This document shows, piece after piece, positions 56,681 to 64,000 of a DNA stretch of 64,000 bases. A program made the position numbers and the translations under genes. Source of the stretch: Thermoplasmata archaeon (GTDB taxonomy: Archaea > Thermoplasmatota > Thermoplasmata > UBA10834); assembly GCA_041548485.1 (NCBI GenBank), contig JBFESP010000006.1:19895-83894 (forward strand), written 5' to 3'. Position 1 is the first letter of the stretch. Each line of letters begins with the position of its first letter. Under the pieces are notes generated by a model. That model made no database searches and had not been told where the DNA came from. It was given only the letters and a program-made list of their open reading frames with translations.

Positions 56681-57716
56681 TCCCCTGGTCGGCCGTCAGG
56701 TCTGGATCGGGGCGATCTTCCAGCCAAACAGGGAGAGCAGGAAGAAGATCGTCCTATCCGCTTTGGAAGTAGGATTCGACACGATAGTTCTCGACAAGAG
56801 GGACTCAGCGTTCACTGAGCTCGGGAGGTTCAGAGCCATCACTCTTTCTGGGAGCAGCTTCACGGAGGACGGAAGAGCCGTTGGGAAGCTTGTGGAGATA
56901 GTCAAGAAGGAGGACGAGCTGAAGGCGAAGAAGTTGACTGATGAAGAGGACCACGTGGTAATCTCCGCGAATGACTGGAAGGTGATCCCTCTTGAGAATC
57001 TCATCGTTCATTTCCAGGGTAGTCGTGCCAAGCTACTCATGGTCGCAAGGACGATAGAAGAAGTGAAGCTGTTCTTCGAGACCATGGAGCGCGGGGCGGA
57101 CGGTGTCCTCTTCGCACCCAAGAGGGTTGAGGACCTGGGCAGGCTGCGCAAGCTGGTCGAGAAGGAGTCACCCAAGCTCGACTTGAAGGAGGGGAAGATA
57201 ACCGTCCTCAGGCAGCTGGGGCTCGGGGACCGGGTCTGCATCGACACATGTTCGGTACTGCGTATCGGCGAGGGGATGCTGATAGGCAACCAGTCATCAT
57301 GCATGTTCCTCATCCACTCTGAGACCCTCGAGTCGGAGTACGCAGCTTCGAGACCGTTCAGGGTGAACGCTGGCCCAGTCCACGCATACATATTGATGCC
57401 TGACGGAACCACGAGATACCTGTCAGAGCTCCGCGGAGGAGAGGAGGTGCTGGTGGTCGACTCCGGGGGACACACCAGAACGGCTATCGTCGGGAGGACG
57501 AAGGTTGAGAGCAGACCGCTGCTCCTGATAGAGGCCGAAGTGGACGGCTCCAAGTACTCCACCATCGTCCAGAACGCCGAGACCATACGAGTGTACTCCA
57601 GGGGAAAGGTCGTGTCAGTCTCGAAACTGAAGGTGGGGGATCCCATCCTGCTGAGGTTGGAGAAGGGTGGACGCCACTTCGGCATGTACGTGGATGAAAC
57701 CATACAGGAGAGGTGA
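56664..57716 (+). CDS. aroB': 3-dehydroquinate synthase type II (AroB')
   Basis: Similarity to archaeal DHQ synthase II (QVWIGAI...KKIVLSALEVGFDTIVL). Start chosen at MLIGGDP. Confidence 0.8.
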   Translation: MLIGGDPLVGRQVWIGAIFQPNRESRKKIVLSALEVGFDTIVLDKRDSAFTELGRFRAITLSGSSFTEDGRAVGKLVEIVKKEDELKAKKLTDEEDHVVISANDWKVIPLENLIVHFQGSRAKLLMVARTIEEVKLFFETMERGADGVLFAPKRVEDLGRLRKLVEKESPKLDLKEGKITVLRQLGLGDRVCIDTCSVLRIGEGMLIGNQSSCMFLIHSETLESEYAASRPFRVNAGPVHAYILMPDGTTRYLSELRGGEEVLVVDSGGHTRTAIVGRTKVESRPLLLIEAEVDGSKYSTIVQNAETIRVYSRGKVVSVSKLKVGDPILLRLEKGGRHFGMYVDETIQER

Positions 57717-59209
57717 TGATGACCCTCGTTGTCGCTTCTCTCGTCGAGAGAGGCATTGCCGGAGTCGCTCGCTCGTCAAAGGAGGCCTTTGCAGCGGGAG
57801 CGGACGCGGTCGAGATCCGCCTGGACCACATACGCGGTCTTGAGCGGAAGACGGGGCTGCTGGATGAGGCGCGCTCTGCGATTGACGGACCGGCCATCGC
57901 TACCCTTCGCTCGGCTCGAGAGGGAGGCCTCTCACGATGCACAGGTGCCAACAGAGCACGGTTGATGGCCACGGTCCTAGATTCCGGGTTCGACTACGTG
58001 GACCTCGAGCTGGTCATGGACAGGAAGCTTCTGGAATACCGCAGGGGCAGACCACGTGGACCGAAGGTGATCGGATCATACCACTTCCGGCGCCCGGCTA
58101 CGCGATCCGAGATAAGAGGACGGCTCGAACGGGCCTGCGGGACGGCAGACATAGGGAAGGTGGCCGCACCCTGCAACCACGCTGGTCACGCGATCGCGAT
58201 CGCGGACGTTGGGTTGGAGTTCTCGAGGAAGAAGCGTGTGTTCGCCGTAATGGGAATGGGTGTCCAGGGGCAGCTGACTCGTGCGTGCGCCAATGGTATC
58301 GGTTCCGAGCTCGTATACGCATGCCTCCCCGGCAGCCCTGCGGCACCAGGTCAGCTCGACGTCGTTCTCCAGTCAGATCTGCTGCGTAAGGAATCCGTCG
58401 TTCTCGGACTCGTCGGGCATCCTTTGACGCACTCAGTGTCCAAGCCCATGCATGAGGCAGCCCTCCGCAGCGTCGGCCTCAAGGGCATCTACATGCCCCT
58501 CGATGTGCCTCCCGGAGGCATGGGCCGGAGGGCGGTCACGACGCTGTTCAAGATCGGCTTCACCGGGCTCAATGTGACCATCCCGCACAAGCGGAAGGCT
58601 TTCGATATCTGCGACGACCACCGCCCGTCCGCTGCATCTACAGGCGCCGTCAACACGCTCGGATGGACGAACGGCAAGCTTGTGGGAGAAAACACAGATG
58701 TACTCGGGCTAACAAAGCTCATTGACGCTAAAAAGGTACGAACGAAAGGGGTCGATTCGCTAGTGGTCGGAGCCGGAGGAGCTGCTCGCGCAGCGTGCCG
58801 GGTCCTCTTGGACGGTGGGTCTGCCGTTACTGTCGTGGCGAGAAGAGACGGCAGGGCACGCGCTCTCGCTAAGTCCTGCGGGGTCCTGGCCGGGTCGTTC
58901 TCTTCCGCGTCGGCAGGGACAGGCATCTTTGGCATCGTGGTCAATGCAACGCCCGTGGGGACACGCGGGACACGACTGGAAGGAGTGACCATTCCCGAGA
59001 GCTTGCTGGAAGGTAGGCCGGTGTTTATCGACCTGGTATACAATCCCCCCGTGACAGGAAGCATGAGGCTGGCGCGGGACAGAGGCTGCGTCGCACACGG
59101 GGGATTGGAGATGCTCGTCGGTCAGGGGGCGGAGGCGTTCGGCATATGGACAGGATACGCTCCGGACCCAAGCGTGATGAGAGCGGCCGCCAGGAGGGCT
59201 TTGGCATGA
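57713..59209 (+). CDS. aroDE: Bifunctional 3-dehydroquinate dehydratase (type I) / shikimate dehydrogenase
   Basis: N-terminal AroD-I region and C-terminal AroE with the NAD(P)-binding GAGGAARA motif. Confidence 0.85.
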   Translation: MMMTLVVASLVERGIAGVARSSKEAFAAGADAVEIRLDHIRGLERKTGLLDEARSAIDGPAIATLRSAREGGLSRCTGANRARLMATVLDSGFDYVDLELVMDRKLLEYRRGRPRGPKVIGSYHFRRPATRSEIRGRLERACGTADIGKVAAPCNHAGHAIAIADVGLEFSRKKRVFAVMGMGVQGQLTRACANGIGSELVYACLPGSPAAPGQLDVVLQSDLLRKESVVLGLVGHPLTHSVSKPMHEAALRSVGLKGIYMPLDVPPGGMGRRAVTTLFKIGFTGLNVTIPHKRKAFDICDDHRPSAASTGAVNTLGWTNGKLVGENTDVLGLTKLIDAKKVRTKGVDSLVVGAGGAARAACRVLLDGGSAVTVVARRDGRARALAKSCGVLAGSFSSASAGTGIFGIVVNATPVGTRGTRLEGVTIPESLLEGRPVFIDLVYNPPVTGSMRLARDRGCVAHGGLEMLVGQGAEAFGIWTGYAPDPSVMRAAARRALA

Positions 59210-60075
59210 GGACGGGAGAGGCGGCCAGCAGGGGAGCAGCGACGATAGTGAACGCCATCGCCTCCGGAAAGGGTGCGGCCTTCGGCATCAGCCTCGAGGT
59301 CGATGCCCGCATCCAGCTCGAAACGGGCGACGGGCCAATAGACGTCGACGGACCGAAGGAGGGGGATGGGCTTGTGGTAGGCTGCATCAGAGCCGCGGCG
59401 TCGGCGACGGGGGCTGGCCCCGTCAGAGGAAAGGCCGTTATCAGGTCAGACATACCGATATCCAGAGGGCTGAAGAGCAGCAGTGCGGTCTCAAACGTAG
59501 TCGCCCTCGCCACGCTCAGAGCGGTCGGGAGGGACCTGAAAGACGATGCGCTTCTGAACATCGCGATCGATGAGTCCATGCGGGCGGGCGTGACGATCAC
59601 GGGAGCGTACGACGACGCTGCGGCATGTCATTTCGGGGGGCTCGTCGTGACAGACAACATATCCAGGACAGTCATCAAGAGGGGAGCGTTGGACCCGGAG
59701 CTCGCCGTCCTGATCCAGGTGCCGGAGGGGAGGATAGCGAAAAGCAGCGTCGACCCGGCCCGCTTCGCCGAGCAGAGCGAGGATTTCGAGAACGCGCTCG
59801 GCCTCGCCGTCAGGGGGGATTATCTTGAGGCCATGGCTCTGAACTCGAGGGCCACGGCCAAGGCGCTAGACCTATCCGACGAAGCGCCAGCTGCCGCAAG
59901 GAAGGCGGGAGCCCTTGCCGCCGGAATAACTGGAACAGGACCTGCGAGCGTCGCCCTGTGCAGGCGCGATAGGATCAAGGATGTCGAGAAGGCGTTGGCC
60001 GCCTTCGACGGCAGCGTCATCCATGCCAGCCTGAACTCGACGCCGTCCAGGGAGGTGGTTCCGCGGCTATTGTAG
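59206..60075 (+). CDS. aroK: Shikimate kinase, archaeal GHMP-kinase type
   Basis: GHMP motif region (PISRGLKSSSAVSNVVA) and an N-terminus matching the archaeal SK (ATIVNAIASGKGAAFGISLEV). Confidence 0.85.
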   Translation: MRTGEAASRGAATIVNAIASGKGAAFGISLEVDARIQLETGDGPIDVDGPKEGDGLVVGCIRAAASATGAGPVRGKAVIRSDIPISRGLKSSSAVSNVVALATLRAVGRDLKDDALLNIAIDESMRAGVTITGAYDDAAACHFGGLVVTDNISRTVIKRGALDPELAVLIQVPEGRIAKSSVDPARFAEQSEDFENALGLAVRGDYLEAMALNSRATAKALDLSDEAPAAARKAGALAAGITGTGPASVALCRRDRIKDVEKALAAFDGSVIHASLNSTPSREVVPRLL

Positions 60076-61337
60076 TCCGGTCGTCGACGGCAAGGGGCAC
60101 GGTCACAGCACCGCCCTCGAAGTCCTACACTCACAGAGCCATGGTCCTCGGGGCGCTGACGAGGAACAGGTTCACGCTGAAGAGTCCATTGTTGTCCGAC
60201 GACACGACGGCCACCCTCGACGCTCTGGCATCTATCGGGACGGACGCCGATGTCCGGTCAGGGGGCCATATAAGACTGACATGTCACGAGCTCAAGTCAC
60301 CGGGAAGAGTGATCGATGTCAGGAACTCAGGGACGACCATCCGGTTGATGAGCGGGATAGCATCCCTGCTCGATACGCCGATCACATTGACCGGCGACGC
60401 CAGCCTCATCAGGCGACCGATGGCGCCGCTCGTGGACGCCCTCGGCCAGCTCGGTGCCAGCTGTGCATACATCGGCCAGCCCGGAAGGCCTCCCCTCAGG
60501 ATCACAGGGCCCATCACCAAGGCCGAGGCGGAGATCGACGGTGGCGTCAGCTCGCAGTTCGTCTCCTCGCTTCTCGTAGCATGCACTCAGAAGGCGTCAT
60601 CGACGAAGTTGAGAGTGAATGGGACCATCACTTCCCGACCCTACGTGGACATAACCCTTGAGATGCTTGCGCAGTTCGGCGCGAGGGTCGATGAAGGCCC
60701 AACGGGCTTCGACATGCCGGGCAGCCAGAGGCTCCGGAGGGACGATTACACGGTCCCAGGAGACTATTCGTCGGCGGCGTTCATGTTGGCTGCTGGAGCG
60801 GTCACCGACGGTGCTGTGACTGTCAGACGGCTGGACGCCGAATCAGCGCAGGGAGACAAGGCGATACTTGAACACCTCGACCGCTTCGGCGCGGATGTTT
60901 CGCGCGCCGCACACACGGCGACTGTGAGAGGGGGCAGGCTCGTGGGCGCCGAGATCGACGTCGGCGATACCCCTGACCTGTTCCCGGTGCTCGCCGTGGT
61001 GGGGGCTGTGGCAGAAGGGAAGACTGTGCTCAGAGGGGGGGTGAACCTGAGGGCGAAGGAGAGCGACCGTATCGCAACGACTACGAAGTTCCTCCAGGAC
61101 ATGGGTGCGAGGATAAGACCTATGGAAGACGGGTGCGAGATCATCGGCGTGCCGAAGCTGGCAGGGGCCAGGGTGGACACCCAGGGGGACCACAGGATTC
61201 TTATGGCTGCAACTGTTGCTGCCCTGGTATCTGGCACCGAGACAGTCATCGAGGACGAGGAGTCCTTCAAGGTGTCGTATCCCGGCTTCATCAGGGACCT
61301 GCACCAGCTGGGATGTCGTGTGGAGGTGAGGAAATGA
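60069..61337 (+). CDS. aroA: 3-phosphoshikimate 1-carboxyvinyltransferase (EPSP synthase)
   Basis: Full EPSPS fold. The conserved N-terminal PPSKSYTHRA motif is encoded upstream of the first canonical start codon (ATG 60141). A 5' boundary at ATT 60069 is proposed. See findings. Confidence 0.85.
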   Translation: MVVRSSTARGTVTAPPSKSYTHRAMVLGALTRNRFTLKSPLLSDDTTATLDALASIGTDADVRSGGHIRLTCHELKSPGRVIDVRNSGTTIRLMSGIASLLDTPITLTGDASLIRRPMAPLVDALGQLGASCAYIGQPGRPPLRITGPITKAEAEIDGGVSSQFVSSLLVACTQKASSTKLRVNGTITSRPYVDITLEMLAQFGARVDEGPTGFDMPGSQRLRRDDYTVPGDYSSAAFMLAAGAVTDGAVTVRRLDAESAQGDKAILEHLDRFGADVSRAAHTATVRGGRLVGAEIDVGDTPDLFPVLAVVGAVAEGKTVLRGGVNLRAKESDRIATTTKFLQDMGARIRPMEDGCEIIGVPKLAGARVDTQGDHRILMAATVAALVSGTETVIEDEESFKVSYPGFIRDLHQLGCRVEVRK

Positions 61338-62410
61338 ATATCATCGGATCGGCTTACAAGGTGTGCATATTCGGCTCGAGCCATGGTCCATTCGTGGGGG
61401 GCAGCGTCCAGGGCTGCCCGCACGGGGAGAAGATCTCCACAACCGCCATACAGATCGAGCTTGACCGGAGAGCGCCCGGCAAGGGGCCGGTGTCGACTCC
61501 CAGGAGTGAGAGAGACAGGATAGAGATCGTCTCCGGACTGCACAACGGAAGGGCTACGGGAGCTCCTATAGTCGGGCTCGTGAAGAACCGCGACTGCGAC
61601 TCGTCGGCGTACGACGCTTTCAGGAGGGTTCCGAGGCCCGGACACGCAGACTATCCTGCGCTCGTCAAGTACGGCGGCAGCAACGACCACCGCGGGGGAG
61701 GGCAGTTCTCCGGCAGAATGACCGCGGGGCTCGTCTTCGCCGGTGCGGTGGCAAGACAGGTTCTGGAGAGGCGCAAGGTGAGAGTCCTCGCCCAGACGGT
61801 GCAGATCGGGAAGGTGAAGCTCGAGAAGCATGTGCCATTCAGTGCGGCGGAGAAACTGACCCGTAACAACGCCGTCTGCTGCGCGGACCGGGCGGTCGCC
61901 GAACGGATGAAGGATGAGATCGTGAAGGCGCACGAGGAGAAGGACAGCGTCGGCGGCGTCGTGCGCTGCACTGTGCTCGGAGTCCCAGTCGGAGTCGGCG
62001 AACCGTTCTTCGGGTCGATAGAGAGTTCTCTCTCAGCCATGATGTTCTCGATACCAGGCGTCAAGGGCGTAGAGTTCGGGGCCGGATTCGCATCTGGGGC
62101 GTTGCGAGGAAGCGAGAACAACGACCCTTTCATAGTCCGAAACAAGAAGATAGCCACGAAGTCGAACAACGCCGGAGGCATACTGGGCGGGCTCTCCACG
62201 GGCATGCCCATAGAATTCAGGGTGGCATTCAAACCGACATCGTCGATCGCTAAGCCACAGATGAGCGTGGACATCGAGGCGATGAAGCCCATCGAACTCG
62301 TCGTCAGTGGAAGACACGACCCGTGCATAGTGCCGAGAGCAGTGCCAGTGGTCGAGAACTCCGCAGCGGCGTGCACGCTGGATCTGATGCTCCAGGGGGG
62401 TTTCATCTGA
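61334..62410 (+). CDS. aroC: Chorismate synthase
   Basis: MNIIGSAYKVCIFGSSHG start (ATGA overlap with the aroA stop). Conserved chorismate synthase signatures. Confidence 0.95.
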   Translation: MNIIGSAYKVCIFGSSHGPFVGGSVQGCPHGEKISTTAIQIELDRRAPGKGPVSTPRSERDRIEIVSGLHNGRATGAPIVGLVKNRDCDSSAYDAFRRVPRPGHADYPALVKYGGSNDHRGGGQFSGRMTAGLVFAGAVARQVLERRKVRVLAQTVQIGKVKLEKHVPFSAAEKLTRNNAVCCADRAVAERMKDEIVKAHEEKDSVGGVVRCTVLGVPVGVGEPFFGSIESSLSAMMFSIPGVKGVEFGAGFASGALRGSENNDPFIVRNKKIATKSNNAGGILGGLSTGMPIEFRVAFKPTSSIAKPQMSVDIEAMKPIELVVSGRHDPCIVPRAVPVVENSAAACTLDLMLQGGFI

Positions 62411-63492
62411 CGAAGGTCGAACTCGACTCGCTGCGCGAGGAGATCACACGGGTGGACATATCCATCCTGTCGCTCCTGGCGAGACGCATGGAGGCCGCCC
62501 AGGAGATCGGCCTCACCAAGACGAAGGACGGCGCGGAGGTCAGGGATGCGTCCCGCGAGGAGGCGGTGGTGAGGGACTTCGCAGAGAGGGCGAGAGTCCT
62601 GGGCCTCGACGAGGGGATGGCGACGACCATAGCCAACACGATCATCGAGGAGGCGGTCCGGACCCAGCTCGAGCAGGACGTGGGGCACCTACAGGGGAAG
62701 AGGATCGTCATCATCGGGGCCGGACGAATGGGTGCATGGGCCGCACGTTTCGCCTCCAATCGGGGCGCCGCAGTCTCAGTGCACGATCCGAGAGGCACCC
62801 TTGACGGCTACGAGAACCTGCAATCGCCCGAAGACGGGGCGGGGGACGCCGACTTCGTCATCATCGCCAGTCCTCTCGGGACAGCGAAGGAAGACTTGCG
62901 GGCCCTGTTCTCGGCGAAGCCCTCGGGCATCATCTTCGACCTCTGCAGCGTGAAATCCTACCTGAAGGACGTCCTACGGGAGGGAGTGGCGAAAGGTTTC
63001 AGGATCACCAGCGTACATCCGATGTTCGGGCCCGGTGCCATCACGCCGAGGGGCAAGAATGTGCTTGTCTGCAGCTGTGGCTGTGGTGAGGCGGATGCCG
63101 CGGCCAGGCAGTTGTTCGAGAACGAAGGAGCCATCGTCACTGATGTACCCATTGACGGCCACGACAGGCTCATAGCCCATGTCCTCGGGGCCCCTCACAT
63201 ATGCGCTCTTGTATTCGGCAGAGCCGTCTCGAAGTCGGGACTGTCGCCCAAGGATCTCGCCACGGTTCATGGACCGTCGTTCGCGGCGTTATGCGCGCTG
63301 GCAGGAAGCATATCGAGAGAGAGCAGACGCGTGTATCACGATATTCAGAAGCTGAACCCGCACACAGCGGAGGTGATCCGATCCATCGAGCAGGCGCTTG
63401 ACGAACTCAGGAACGCCTCGCTGGACGATGACCCTGGGAGGTTCGCGAGGATCATGGACGATGAGAGAGACTTCTTCGGAGGCTGGTCGTGA
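62371..63492 (+). CDS. tyrA: Chorismate mutase (AroQ) / prephenate dehydrogenase (TyrA) fusion
   Basis: CM helix (LDSLREEITRVDISILSLLARRMEAAQEIG) followed by the TyrA Rossmann (IVIIGAGRMG). The 5' boundary is ambiguous: GTG 62371, ATG 62323, or a CTG overlapping the aroC stop. Confidence 0.8.
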   Translation: MHAGSDAPGGFHLTKVELDSLREEITRVDISILSLLARRMEAAQEIGLTKTKDGAEVRDASREEAVVRDFAERARVLGLDEGMATTIANTIIEEAVRTQLEQDVGHLQGKRIVIIGAGRMGAWAARFASNRGAAVSVHDPRGTLDGYENLQSPEDGAGDADFVIIASPLGTAKEDLRALFSAKPSGIIFDLCSVKSYLKDVLREGVAKGFRITSVHPMFGPGAITPRGKNVLVCSCGCGEADAAARQLFENEGAIVTDVPIDGHDRLIAHVLGAPHICALVFGRAVSKSGLSPKDLATVHGPSFAALCALAGSISRESRRVYHDIQKLNPHTAEVIRSIEQALDELRNASLDDDPGRFARIMDDERDFFGGWS

Positions 63493-64000
63493 TGACGAAG
63501 CGAAAGGCGGCAATACTTGGCTCAAGCGGAATGATCGGACAACGGTTCGCGCACATGCTACACAGGCACCCCTATTTCGAGGTCGTCTCGTACTGCGCCT
63601 CGGACAGGTCAGAGGGGAAGCGGCTCTCGGAGGTGTGGAAACTCGCGGAGGCGGAGCTCGACAACGACCTCGGACAGCAGGTAATCAGGGCGACCAATGT
63701 GGACGGCCTGATCGGAGAGGGTGTGGAGATCGTGTTCAGCGGTCTCCCGTCCGGTGTGGCGGGGGGCATAGAGGACGAACTGGCGGAACATGGCACCGCC
63801 GTGTTCTCGAACGCGTCGGCCCATAGAGCGGACAAGGACACGCCGATTCTGATACCGGAGATCAACCACGGTCACCTCAAGGCCATTGATGCGCAGAAGA
63901 GGAAGAGGAGAAAGGGGGGATTCATCGTCACGAATGCCAACTGCTCAGTGACAGGACTAGCTCTGGGACTGAAGCCCCTCATCGATTCCTTCGGCTTCAC
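63492..64000 (+). CDS. asd: Aspartate-semialdehyde dehydrogenase (3' partial at window edge)
   Basis: Hand translation gives MTKRKAAILGSSGMIGQRF...IVTNANCSVTGL, the N-terminal NAD(P)-binding and catalytic-Cys region of Asd. The ORF runs off the window. Confidence 0.85.
   Translation, partial: MTKRKAAILGSSGMIGQRFAHMLHRHPYFEVVSYCASDRSEGKRLSEVWKLAEAELDNDLGQQVIRATNVDGLIGEGVEIVFSGLPSGVAGGIEDELAEHGTAVFSNASAHRADKDTPILIPEINHGHLKAIDAQKRKRRKGGFIVTNANCSVTGLALGLKPLIDSFGF

Overview
This is a high-GC (about 60%) archaeal chromosomal segment. Archaeal hallmarks include ribosomal protein L40e, RFC small subunit, Hjc resolvase, class V FBP aldolase/phosphatase, ADP-forming acetyl-CoA synthetase, RibL/archaeal riboflavin synthase, the ADH-synthase/DHQ-synthase-II shikimate route, a TBP-type TATA box (a Euryarchaeota/Thermoplasmatota-like guess; low confidence on lineage) and many leaderless starts. 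Gene density is high and most of the window is housekeeping: fbp-tpiA, acdA, aspS, rubrerythrin, nadA, a korDABG-acdB 2-oxoacid:ferredoxin oxidoreductase/ACS module, trm1, purA, topA, rfcS, ncsA, glyA, pgi/pmi, a MacB-like ABC exporter, a ribB-ribL-ribC-ribH operon, carAB, thi4, and a complete aroA'-aroB'-aroDE-aroK-aroA-aroC-CM/tyrA-asd operon. No tRNA, rRNA, CRISPR array or obvious mobile element was found. The most unusual region is a minus-strand cluster at about 47.98-55.2 kb. It contains two tandem pyrrolysine-free MttB-superfamily methyltransferases, a cobalamin-binding corrinoid protein, a pyrrolysine-free MtmB (monomethylamine methyltransferase) homologue with a small deletion at the Pyl position, a small radical SAM enzyme and an EamA transporter. 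This looks like a corrinoid-dependent methyl-transfer (demethylation) system for unidentified methylated amine or quaternary-amine substrates, and the window shows no MT2 methyltransferase (MtbA-like/THF methyltransferase) or corrinoid-activase (RamA) partner. Other points of interest are an EPSP synthase whose conserved N-terminus lies upstream of any canonical start codon, a LonB-like AAA+ ATPase that stops before the protease domain, a secreted LTD-PLD-PKD protein with a PGF-CTERM-like anchor, an unlisted rpl40e gene followed by a 340-bp structured non-coding region, and a PUA/PAPS-reductase/ferredoxin fusion next to the rib operon.
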